Source of the DNA: Trypanosoma brucei
Taxonomy: Eukaryota
DNA: 64,000 nt
Direction: 5' to 3'
NCBI GenBank assembly: GCA_000002445.1
Contig: CP000067.1
Coordinates: forward strand, 1,440,001-1,504,000
This document shows, piece after piece, positions 34,201 through 45,238 of this stretch; the first letter of the stretch is position 1, and every line of letters begins with the position of its first letter. The position numbers were made by a program, and so were the translations under genes. The notes beneath the pieces are model-generated. The model saw only the letters and a program-made list of their open reading frames with translations, was not told the origin of the DNA and did not search any database.

Positions 34201-37029
34201 GTGGACCGACTGCATGGTCCTGACGGTTGCGCGAGAGAAAATCAAATGAAAAAAATTGCTTTGTTCTTTGCGGTGCTTACCGATTTTTGGAGAAGTGCGG
34301 GTGTTAGGCCTGCCTGGCCATGTGTTTGTTCCGTTTAGAATGGTTGCATATTTTGGCGACGTTGAAGAAGCTGAACGTGTGGAGTTCTGTTGAGTTATAT
34401 TCTCGCGAGTATGGTGTACCAGACAAGTTACTTCGTTTGAGGCAGTCCTAGAGGCAGGGTGCGAGTTTGGAAGAAACAATTCTGGAGAGACTGAGGGTAG
34501 GGGACGTTGTTTTTGAAGGTAATTTCTTATCTATATAAGCCTTTTGTTCGCCGAGTATGTACCGGATAAGCTTCGTCAATCTTGAAGGTATTTAACAACC
34601 GCGGTGAGCGAGCTGTGGTTATTTAAGAGACTATTTTCGAAATCTGACGAAAGATGTGCCGTTTCCTTCGTCATTTCCTAAATCGATCTCATGCTGTAGC
34701 ACCCATTTCATACTTCAAATAAATTTTAGACGCCGCAGAGGAATATTATCGATTATTGAAGATCAAAATCAAAATTATGGAAGTCACTGTAGAAATATCA
34801 GATGTAAGACTACCGTGAAGGTGTGGGTGTTGGAGTGCCATCAATTTAATGCAGAAGGGGCAGAACGATGCAAAAAAAAAAATGTTAAGCGGTAGGCTGT
34901 AGTATGACTCAGCTTTAGAAGCGACGGTAAAGCAAAATAATCTGGGGAGTGCGTTAGATTAGAATGTTTTGCAAATACACGACACGTAGTGACATCAAAC
35001 TTTGCACTACCAAAGAAAAAAAAATAATAATAATAACAAATTAACGGCTTATCAAAACTAAGCCAAATAGCCTAGCAACAACAGAAGGATATGCCTTGTA
35101 GACAAAACTTCAAACTTTAGACGTATAACCATATTGATAAGACATATTCTGAAGCTCCGTTACTTCCAAACGTGCAAGGTGCACTGAAGGGTTTAAAAAT
35201 CAAAAGTATGCGCCGCCTGGAGATGGTGGCTGTCCTGCCGATACTACGTTAGTTGGAATCGTTGGCTCACTGTGAGGTGGAAAGCCAACCAGAAGAAGCA
35301 AGCGGCGAATATAACGCAAACACATATGAAGGAGTGATCGCAACTAAACCAGCCTACCCAGATAAAGAAGTCTCTGAATGATACAGCAAAGAATACAAGG
35401 TTTATCTTGATGGACTAACAAGACAAACTTACATGAGACGCAACAACTGCCCGAGGAAACAGGAAGCCTAGAGTTCAAATAACACAACGAATAACAAAGT
35501 GGGCAAAGTGAACTGGCATGCCTCAACCAACTGCAAAGCGTAACTCATAAGGACTTTTCGAACGTACAGCTAGAGCTCAGAAAGCATGCTGTACCTTATG
35601 GCGCACTAATGGAACCAGGCAGCAAGGCGACGAGGTACGGCAAAGGCCGTCACAAGCTGCATGCTCAAACAAGATAAACATAAGAGATGCCAAGGGGATG
35701 GGAAATTCTTGTAAAGTGGATATGTCTTAGGGAGCTGTTGGCATGATCTCAGGCACTAGAAGCCGAGTACAAAGGGACTTGCAATCACTGTGTGGTAATT
35801 ATAGTTTCTCTTGTTTCGCCGGCGGCGACCAACTAACGGACCTGAGCAAAAAGTGTGTCGATGGAGGAACGCAACTCAACCAAATCCCCATCGCCAACAT
35901 CAGGGAGAGAAGCAGAGACGCCTTTCCAACAAAGTTGGGTCACCAATCCACCGTGGCTCATGTACTGAGTGCATTCATTTCACCATTATGCTAAAATGTT
36001 TCCATCATCCATTTTATAAACTATCAGAATTTGGATAGAAAATATGCTAAAGTTTTAATGTTTTTTTTTTGGGGGGAGTTCGTGAAACTGTTGCATTCTA
36101 ATCGAGCTCTTTAAGATTTGCTTTCGTCTATTCTCCTCTATTTTCGCTATGGTCGCATGGTTTGAGCTCAAAAATAAGATTCGGAGAAAATTAAAAACTC
36201 GTCGAAAAACGAAATTTCGGTGATGATGAACATGGGTTTCTACGGTGGAGTCGACCTTTTAACATGTTGAACATATGAAAAACACAACCATTCAGAGTGA
36301 CAATTTACGTGTTTGAATTATTTCTATTGGATTAAAAGTTTAATATTCACTCTCATTTTCGTTTTTGAAGGGAAATGTTTTTAGACTAAATCGTTGAGAA
36401 CTGAGATTTTTTTTCTATTGCCACATACATAATACCTAACAGTTATGGCTTAATTGGATGCTAAGGTTATATTTGTGTAAAATGGAATAACTTAATTCCA
36501 AAAAAGTCACGATGTGACACTATATACTTGCATACAACCATGTCCCGGGGTGAATAATTGACGGCTTTCCACTAACACTGGTGGGGAAACAACATGACAG
36601 CGTGCAAGAAAAAAATTATAAAAGAGACAAACCGCCAGCTCTTATTTTTTTAAATGCGGGGACTAAGGGTGACATGCCATGTAGCGTTCGGAAAAGCAGG
36701 GGTGTTACACGTTGTGTCACGAAACTTTACTGAAAACTACAACGCAAATATCGCTAAGATATGATAACGGCAAGCTGATTTCAATTCTCGTAGCCTTGTA
36801 TGTCACAAACGTTGCTGACGTCCCGTAAACATAACATCTCCTCAGGGACCCGTGTATTAAGACATCTTTGGTTAAGTTGTTGAATTTGTTGTTAGGACAA
36901 CCGCCGTCTATTGCAGAACCCCAAATTACATCTATCACCTACAAATAAAAAGCCAAGTTCCAACCATCACCAACAACGAAGATAAAGTCACAAAAACAGC
37001 TCAACACATCCACGAAAGGAAAGGCACTA

Positions 37030-38559
37030 ATGGAAAGTCGATCCGATACCAAAGGAACGTCGCACATAGCTGTTGCAGCAGCCGTTCCAGTATTATTCAT
37101 GACGCTGATGAGGTGCGGCATGGCGCAAACAATAACGGAACCGTCTTCGGACAAAGTAACAAACCTCTGTACAGAGGCCAAGTATACAGCCCATCTGGCA
37201 GATCACATCGTAGCGGCGGCAGAAGAGCCGGAGCGCGAAATATCCGACATGCAAATTTATGCAGAGGCATGGAATCTCCTTGCCGCCAGCACAAACCAAA
37301 CAGACAAGCGTGCCGCGACATATGCCCTTGCTGCGTACATGTCCGCCGCGGCGGCAAAAGCAAAGCAGCTGCAAAACGGGAAATACAAAGCAGCAGTCTT
37401 GGCCGCTACCTACCTGCAAAGGAGATCAGCGCTGACACGAACATTGCAAGCTATGCGTGTAAAAGGCAAGACGGCTGTGGGACAGTTCACTAAAAAGCAG
37501 GGCGAAGAGGCATCATGTTCACACAAGGAAACGCCGACTTTAAGCGACGAAGGGGATTGCGGGCGACAGGATAATGCCATCAACCATCCTGAGTCAATTG
37601 CCATAGATTTAAGGACAGCGACTCACATCAAACTGGTACATGGCAGTAAGCTAAGACCACTGGAGTTAACGCACGAAGCTGATGTAAGAGAGACGACACC
37701 ATCGGAGCAAGCGCAAGTGAAAGCCACAGGTTGCAAGGCCGTGCTAAGAAGCGACTTCTATGTTACATTCATAGCATCAACTACAAAAAAGGAAGACAAA
37801 ACTGGAGTAACAGCTATTAAGATATTCGCGGGCGACGATGCAAATACAAGTTGTGCTGAGCTCAAAGACGCCACGAAGAAATCAGAAAAGGATAACGACC
37901 TACTGATCAACAAAATCTGCACCTACATAACAAAACCCGATCCGCAGATTATAACCATATCCAGTTTGACGCCAGCCATGTTAGCAAACACAACGGCAGT
38001 CCAAGTGGCGTTCAGAAGCTTCGTTCATGCAGCAACCGGTAAAGCGCCAAGCGACGCCGAGATTGAAATGCAACTTCAAAAACTTTACGGAGGGGACAAG
38101 CAACACTTCAAAAGAGACTTCGTGACAATTCTGACAACAAAGAATATGACATACCACACGGGCTCAGGATTTGTAACTGAAACATTCCTTGATGCAGCTA
38201 AAAACAACCACGCCCACAAGGTGCTGATCTATCTAAAAGGTCAAAGAGCGGCAGCACAGGCAAAACAACCAAGGACAAACGAGAGTGAAATCAACGGCCC
38301 GGTCTGCGGAGGTGAGGGCCAAGAGGAGTGCAAATTGGATGAAAAGAAAGACCCGGAGAAACCGAACGGAACTCAAATGCGGAAATGGCCTAAAGCACTC
38401 CAGTGGATGATCACACGACAAGGAGGAAATTGCAAAACAATACAGCAAGAAGATTGTAAAGAAGACTGTACATGGGATGAGGGAGCTTGTGACGGCGCAG
38501 TTGGCATTTCTGCTTCGATGAATATTTCTCTGTTCATGGCATTTTTGCTTCTAGCATAA
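37030..38559 (+). CDS. Variant surface glycoprotein-like gene with an A-type N-terminal domain and an atypical C-terminal domain (VSG / VSG-related family), copy A
   Basis: The 509-aa ORF has a signal peptide (…AVAAAVPVLFMTLMRCGMAQ) and Ala-rich long-helix segments (AEAWNLLAASTNQTDKRAATYALAAYMSAAAAKAKQ). The Cys-rich C-terminal module is CGGEGQEEC…CKTIQQEDCKEDCTWDEGAC. The hydrophobic GPI-type tail is SASMNISLFMAFLLLA. It ends short and is not the canonical 17- or 23-aa T. brucei VSG GPI signal. Confidence 0.8.
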   Translation: MESRSDTKGTSHIAVAAAVPVLFMTLMRCGMAQTITEPSSDKVTNLCTEAKYTAHLADHIVAAAEEPEREISDMQIYAEAWNLLAASTNQTDKRAATYALAAYMSAAAAKAKQLQNGKYKAAVLAATYLQRRSALTRTLQAMRVKGKTAVGQFTKKQGEEASCSHKETPTLSDEGDCGRQDNAINHPESIAIDLRTATHIKLVHGSKLRPLELTHEADVRETTPSEQAQVKATGCKAVLRSDFYVTFIASTTKKEDKTGVTAIKIFAGDDANTSCAELKDATKKSEKDNDLLINKICTYITKPDPQIITISSLTPAMLANTTAVQVAFRSFVHAATGKAPSDAEIEMQLQKLYGGDKQHFKRDFVTILTTKNMTYHTGSGFVTETFLDAAKNNHAHKVLIYLKGQRAAAQAKQPRTNESEINGPVCGGEGQEECKLDEKKDPEKPNGTQMRKWPKALQWMITRQGGNCKTIQQEDCKEDCTWDEGACDGAVGISASMNISLFMAFLLLA

Positions 38560-39779
38560 AAACTTATTGGAAATACTTTATTGTAGCAAACATTAATTTT
38601 TTTCTGGAAATATCTTAATGTAGTGGAATATGCATTTTTATGGAAAGATCTTATTATACGAAACCGTATCTTTGTTGAATTATCTTGGATAAATTTACAT
38701 TCATCTTGGAAATATTTTATACAATTCTTAAATGTGCGTTTGTATTTCAACGCTTTTTGCAAACATGTGAAGACTTTGAGAGATCTTTTTTGTTGTTGTA
38801 CAAATTTGATGTTTGAATGTAAAGTGATATGTTGATGGAGTGTCAAAAGTGGGTGCCATTAGGATTTTTACTATTATGGTTTATTCAATTAATTTTATGT
38901 TTACCTTTGAAAATGTAAATATATGCAAATCTTCTCTAGTGTTGTGGCCGGGGAGTATAATGTAGTATGGTAACGGTTTACGAATGAGAAATGAGTGCTA
39001 TTCTGAAATTTTCTGTTTCGGTTTATTTGGTGTATCGTATGGATGTTAGTCAAGGTTATAAAAGTAATGGTAAGAGTGGTTGGGGTGAGGATTAGGATGT
39101 TGGTATATTTGAATAACAAGGTCTTCCAAAGGAGGAAGAGAGATAGACAAGGCAGTGAAGGGCTGCAGAGGTGTTGTGGCATGCATGGAAATGATATAGA
39201 TCTCTAAGGGAGTATCAGGTATGATTTTACTCGGGAAGGGGTTGCTGCTCATACTTGTGATTATATATTTCCTGAAGCGGTCAAATGTTTCACAACTTCC
39301 ATTAGAATAAAGTTTAGGAGAAGCAATAGGATGAGGGAAGCCCCCGCTGAATTGTTTGGCGGATATACAGTTTGATGAGTGGAAGGTTCGTTGTAGAAGC
39401 ACGCGTGCACGTCTCGCCCAATTGGTGAGAGAGCAGTAATGGCCGGATGCATTTGCCGTGAGTAACAACCCCAACAATGGATACAAAGGAGTTATTGTTC
39501 ATCATCGAGGTGTGACAACAGTAGTGGTGCATATATTTGTCGGCCCCTCGGATATGGAAAAGGGATCAAACGGTGCCGCTGGCATTGGAGGTTTTGTTGG
39601 TAATTCCTTAGAAATATCTTGCTGAAATTTGTTGAAGTTATTGAGACAACTATCTTTTCTATGTTACCCTACTATTTCATGTATTGCTTACTGGTAACAA
39701 CATAAAGTCCAATTTTTATCAACAGGGAAGTCAAGGACACCAAGGCAACGCAGCAACGTGGAAAAAGCTGGAGGAACTA

Positions 39780-41306
39780 ATGGAAAGTCGACCCGATACC
39801 AAAGGAATGTGCCACGCGACAGTGGCAGCAACTGTTCCAGTATTATTCATGACGCTGATGAGGTGCGGCATGGCGCAAACAGTAACGGAACCGTCTTCGG
39901 ACAAAGTAACAAACCTCTGTACAGAGGCCAAGTATACGGAATATTTGGCGAGTCGAATCGTAGCGGTAGCAGAGAGGCAGGAGCGCGAAATATCCGACAT
40001 GCAAATTTATTCAGAGGCATGGAATCTCCTTGCCGCCAGCACAAACCAAACAGACAAGCGTGCCGCGACATATGCCCTTGCTACGTACATGTCCACCGCG
40101 GCGGAAACAGCAAGGCGGGCACACGCTGGAAAATACAAAGCAGCAGTGGCAACTGCGAAGTTGCTACACAGGAGGTCGGCGCTAACGCGTACGTTGCTAA
40201 CGATGAGAATCCGGGGAAAGACAATAGTTGGAATAAGCAAAGAGGCCAACGGCATAGGAATATGCCCTGGTGAAGCAACACCAACATTAAGCGGCGACAG
40301 TAGTTGCGCGCACCGAACCAATGACAGCAACCAACCAGAAGGTATTGCTGTGAACTTGAAGGCAGCGACGCACATAAAATTGCTAAATAGCAGTGCACTA
40401 AGACCTCGGGGGTTAACCCATCTAGTTGAGATAAAAGAAACGAAGTGGCCAGCAAGCAGAGAAGCATTAGTCGAGAGGTGCGGGGGCTTGTTGGGAGGTG
40501 ACCATTATGTTAAATTCGAAGCATCAACCACAGGAGAAGACAGCAAAATCATAGTAGAGCCGATTAAGATATTTGAGGGTGACGATGCGGAGAAAAACTG
40601 CGCTGTCGTACAGAAAGAATCTATGAAATCAGAAAAGGACAATGATCTACTGATCAACAAAATATGCACCTACATAACAATACTCGACCCGCAGATTATA
40701 ACCATATCCAGTTTGACGCCTGCCATGTTAGCAAACACGAGCACAGTCCAAATGGCGTTCAAAAGCTTCGTTCATGCAGCAACCGGTAAAGCACCTAGCG
40801 ACGGCGAAATCGAGTTGCAACTTAAGAGCCTTTACGGTGGGGACAAGCAAAACTTCACCAGAGACTTCGTAAAAATTCTGTGGACGAAGAACGTGACATA
40901 CCACACGGGCGCAGGATTCAAAACTGAGACGCTCCTTGATGCGGTTAGAAACAAAAACGCACAGAGGGCTCTAATCTATCTGGAAGATCAAAGACCAGCA
41001 GAGGAGTCAAAACAGACACAAACGGACGAGAGTGAAATCAACGGCCCGGTCTGCGGAGGTGAGGGCCAAGAGGAGTGCAAATTGGATGAAAAGAAAGACC
41101 CGGAGAAACCGAACGGAACTCAAATGCGGAAATGGCCTAAAGCACTCCAGTGGATGATCACACGACAAGGAGGAAATTGCAAAACAATACAGCAAGAAGA
41201 TTGTAAAGAAGACTGTACATGGGATGAGGGAGCTTGTGACGGCGCAGTTGGCATTTCTGCTTCGATGAATATTTCTCTGTTCATGGCATTTTTGCTTCTA
41301 GCATAA
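39780..41306 (+). CDS. VSG-like gene, copy B
   Basis: The ATG at 39780 (MESRPDTKGMCHATVAATVPVLFMTLMRCGMAQ…) is homologous to the start of copy A. The track ORF starts 32 codons upstream at 39684, but that stretch has no homology. The last ~95 aa and the 3' flank are identical to copies A and C. Confidence 0.8.
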   Translation: MESRPDTKGMCHATVAATVPVLFMTLMRCGMAQTVTEPSSDKVTNLCTEAKYTEYLASRIVAVAERQEREISDMQIYSEAWNLLAASTNQTDKRAATYALATYMSTAAETARRAHAGKYKAAVATAKLLHRRSALTRTLLTMRIRGKTIVGISKEANGIGICPGEATPTLSGDSSCAHRTNDSNQPEGIAVNLKAATHIKLLNSSALRPRGLTHLVEIKETKWPASREALVERCGGLLGGDHYVKFEASTTGEDSKIIVEPIKIFEGDDAEKNCAVVQKESMKSEKDNDLLINKICTYITILDPQIITISSLTPAMLANTSTVQMAFKSFVHAATGKAPSDGEIELQLKSLYGGDKQNFTRDFVKILWTKNVTYHTGAGFKTETLLDAVRNKNAQRALIYLEDQRPAEESKQTQTDESEINGPVCGGEGQEECKLDEKKDPEKPNGTQMRKWPKALQWMITRQGGNCKTIQQEDCKEDCTWDEGACDGAVGISASMNISLFMAFLLLA

Positions 41307-42526
41307 AAACTTATTGGAAATACTTTATTGTAGCAAACATTAATTTTTTTCTGGAAATATCTTAATGTAGTGGAATATGCATTTTTATGGAAAGATCTTA
41401 TTATACGAAACCGTATCTTTGTTGAATTATCTTGGATAAATTTACATTCATCTTGGAAATATTTTATACAATTCTTAAATGTGCGTTTGTATTTCAACGC
41501 TTTTTGCAAACATGTGGAAATTTTGAGAGATCTTTTTTGTTGTTGTACAAATTTGATGTTTGAATGTAAAGTGATATGTTGATGGAGTGTCAAAAGTGGG
41601 TGCCATTAGGATTTTTACTATTATGGTTTATTCAATTAATTTTATGTTTACCTTTGAAAATGTAAATATATGCAAATCTTCTCTAGTGTTGTGGCCGGGG
41701 AGTATAATGTAGTATGGTAACGGTTTACGAATGAGAAATGAGTGCTATTCTGAAATTTTCTGTTTCGGTTTATTTGGTGTATCGTATGGATGTTAGTCAA
41801 GGTTATAAAAGTAATGGTAAGAGTGGTTGGGGTGAGGATTAGGATGTTGGTATATTTGAATAACAAGGTCTTCCAAAGGAGGAAGAGAGATAGACAAGGC
41901 AGTGAAGGGCTGCAGAGGTGTTGTGGCATGCATGGAAATGATATAGATCTCTAAGGGAGTATCAGGTATGATTTTACTCGGGAAGGGGTTGCTGCTCATA
42001 CTTGTGATTATATATTTCCTGAAGCGGTCAAATGTTTCACAACTTCCATTAGAATAAAGTTTAGGAGAAGCAATAGGATGAGGGAAGCCCCCGCTGAATT
42101 GTTTGGCGGATATACAGTTTGATGAGTGGAAGGTTCGTTGTAGAAGCACGCGTGCACGTCTCGCCCAATTGGTGAGAGAGCAGTAATGGCCGGATGCATT
42201 TGCCGTGAGTAACAACCCCAACAATGGATACAAAGGAGTTATTGTTCATCATCGAGGTGTGACAACAGTAGTGGTGCATATATTTGTCGGCCCCTCGGAT
42301 ATGGAAAAGGGATCAAACGGTGCCGCTGGCATTGGAGGTTTTGTTGGTAATTCCTTAGAAATATCTTGCTGAAATTTGTTGAAGTTATTGAGACAACTAT
42401 CTTTTCTATGTTACCCTACTATTTCATGTATTGCTTACTGGTAACAACATAAAGTCCAATTTTTATCAACAGGGAAGTCAAGGACACCAAGGCAACGCAG
42501 CAACGTGGAAAAAGCTGGAGGAACTA

Positions 42527-44053
42527 ATGGAAAGTCGACCCGATACCAAAGGAATGTGCCACGCGACAGTGGCAGCAACTGTTCCAGTATTATTCATGAC
42601 GCTGATGAGGTGCGGCATGGCGCAAACAGTAACGGAACCGTCTTCGGACAAAGTAACAAACCTCTGTACAGAGGCCAAGTATACGGAATATTTGGCGAGT
42701 CGAATCGTAGCGGTAGCAGAGAGGCAGGAGCGCGAAATATCCGACATGCAAATTTATTCAGAGGCATGGAATCTCCTTGCCGCCAGCACAAACCAAACAG
42801 ACAAGCGTGCCGCGACATATGCCCTTGCTACGTACATGTCCACCGCGGCGGAAACAGCAAGGCGGGCACACGCTGGGAAATACAAAGCAGCAGTGGCAAC
42901 TGCGAAGTTGCTACACAGGAGGTCGGCGCTAACGCGTACGTTGCTAACGATGAGAATCCGGGGAAAGACAATAGTTGGAATAAGCAAAGAGGCCAACGGC
43001 ATAGGAATATGCCCTGGTGAAGCAACACCAACATTAAGCGGCGACAGTAGTTGCGCGCACCGAACCAATGACAGCAACCAACCAGAAGGTATTGCTGTGA
43101 ACTTGAAGGCAGCGACGCACATAAAATTGCTAAATAGCAGTGCACTAAGACCTCGGGGGTTAACCCATCTAGTTGAGATAAAAGAAACGAAGTGGCCAGC
43201 AAGCAGAGAAGCATTAGTCGAGAGGTGCGGGGGCTTGTTGGGAGGTGACCATTATGTTAAATTCGAAGCATCAACCACAGGAGAAGACAGCAAAATCATA
43301 GTAGAGCCGATTAAGATATTTGAGGGTGACGATGCGGAGAAAAACTGCGCTGTCGTACAGAAAGAATCTATGAAATCAGAAAAGGACAATGATCTACTGA
43401 TCAACAAAATATGCACCTACATAACAATACTCGACCCGCAGATTATAACCATATCCAGTTTGACGCCTGCCATGTTAGCAAACACGAGCACAGTCCAAAT
43501 GGCGTTCAAAAGCTTCGTTCATGCAGCAACCGGTAAAGCACCTAGCGACGGCGAAATCGAGTTGCAACTTAAGAGCCTTTACGGTGGGGACAAGCAAAAC
43601 TTCACCAGAGACTTCGTAAAAATTCTGTGGACGAAGAACGTGACATACCACACGGGCGCAGGATTCAAAACTGAGACGCTCCTTGATGCGGTTAGAAACA
43701 AAAACGCACAGAGGGCTCTAATCTATCTGGAAGATCAAAGACCAGCAGAGGAGTCAAAACAGACACAAACGGACGAGAGTGAAATCAACGGCCCGGTCTG
43801 CGGAGGTGAGGGCCAAGAGGAGTGCAAATTGGATGAAAAGAAAGACCCGGAGAAACCGAACGGAACTCAAATGCGGAAATGGCCTAAAGCACTCCAGTGG
43901 ATGATCACACGACAAGGAGGAAATTGCAAAACAATACAGCAAGAAGATTGTAAAGAAGACTGTACATGGGATGAGGGAGCTTGTGACGGCGCAGTTGGCA
44001 TTTCTGCTTCGATGAATATTTCTCTGTTCATGGCATTTTTGCTTCTAGCATAA
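42527..44053 (+). CDS. VSG-like gene, copy B', an exact duplicate of copy B
   Basis: The protein is identical to that of 39780-41306. It is part of a 2,747-bp tandem duplication. Confidence 0.8.
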   Translation: MESRPDTKGMCHATVAATVPVLFMTLMRCGMAQTVTEPSSDKVTNLCTEAKYTEYLASRIVAVAERQEREISDMQIYSEAWNLLAASTNQTDKRAATYALATYMSTAAETARRAHAGKYKAAVATAKLLHRRSALTRTLLTMRIRGKTIVGISKEANGIGICPGEATPTLSGDSSCAHRTNDSNQPEGIAVNLKAATHIKLLNSSALRPRGLTHLVEIKETKWPASREALVERCGGLLGGDHYVKFEASTTGEDSKIIVEPIKIFEGDDAEKNCAVVQKESMKSEKDNDLLINKICTYITILDPQIITISSLTPAMLANTSTVQMAFKSFVHAATGKAPSDGEIELQLKSLYGGDKQNFTRDFVKILWTKNVTYHTGAGFKTETLLDAVRNKNAQRALIYLEDQRPAEESKQTQTDESEINGPVCGGEGQEECKLDEKKDPEKPNGTQMRKWPKALQWMITRQGGNCKTIQQEDCKEDCTWDEGACDGAVGISASMNISLFMAFLLLA

Positions 44054-45238
44054 AAACTTATTGGAAATACTTTATTGTAGCAAACATTAATTTTTTTCTG
44101 GAAATATCTTAATGTAGTGGAATATGCATTTTTATGGAAAGATCTTATTATACGAAACCGTATCTTTGTTGAATTATCTTGGATAAATTTACATTCATCT
44201 TGGAAATATTTTATACAATTCTTAAATGTGCGTTTGTATTTCAACGCTTTTTGCAAACATGTGGAAATTTTGAGAGATCTTTTTTGTTGTTGTACAAATT
44301 TGATGTTTGAATGTAAAGTGATATGTTGATGGAGTGTCAAAAGTGGGTGCCATTAGGATTTTTACTATTATGGTTTATTCAATTAATTTTATGTTTACCT
44401 TTGAAAATGTAAATATATGCAAATCTTCTCCGGTGTTGTGGCCGGGGAGTATAATGTAGTATGGTAACGGTTTACGAATGAGAAATGAGTGCTATTCTGA
44501 AATTTTCTGTTTCGGTTTATTTGGTGTATCGTATGGATGTTAGTCAAGGTTATAAAAGTAATGGTAAGAGTGGTTGGAGTGACGATTAGGATGTTGGTAC
44601 ATTTGAATAACAAGGTCTTCCAAGGGAGGAAGAGATATGTATAAAGTACTGAAGGGCTGCAGAGGTGTTGTGTTAGGCATGATTGTGCACGGGAAGGAGT
44701 TGCTGCCGAAGCTTCTGATATACATGTGTTTCCAGAAACGATCAAATGCTGCGGAGCTTACGTGGGAAGAAAGTTTCGGAAGAGTTATGGGATGAGGGAA
44801 ATTCCCACTGCATTGTTTGAGCAGATTCACAACATGATAAGTGGAAGGTTGGTTGGAGAAGTGCGCAGGTACGCCACACCCAGTTGGCAAGAGATTGCAA
44901 TAGTCGGGTGCATGCCGGGAGTGATGACCCCACTGATAGTCAGGTCGCTAATAACGCTGAGGTTTGGAAAAAGCACACCTGAATTGATTTATCGGTGTAT
45001 CGAAGATCGAAAACATGATTAAGGCTCCCCAGTTACTGCATTCCCTCAAGGGGTTGCCGTTAAAAATATTTTTGTGCAAACTGTTTAAGTTATTATTGGG
45101 ACAACCGCTCTCTATTGCGGAACCACAAATTTCATCTATGACATACCTATAAATAAAAAGCCAAGTTCCAATCATCATCAACAACGAAGATAAAGGCACA
45201 AAGGCAACGAAACACATTACACGGAGGGAAAGGAGCCG

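Larger units (their letters stand above)
39541..44450 (+). repeat. Direct tandem duplication with a 2,747-bp unit (VSG-like gene plus ~1.1-kb spacer); the copies are essentially identical over more than 2.1 kb
   Basis: Sequence 39541-41700 recurs at 42288-44447 with an offset of 2747. The ORF pairs 39684/42431, 41120/43867 and 41648/44395 are identical. The first mismatch is seen near 44431. Confidence 0.9.

Noticed and set aside
38373-38846. A 157-aa minus-strand ORF repeated in every spacer (MTLHQHITLHSNIKF…)
   Set aside because: It is low complexity and overlaps the VSG-like 3' end in antisense. Its recurrence is explained by nucleotide identity of the duplicated spacers rather than by selection.
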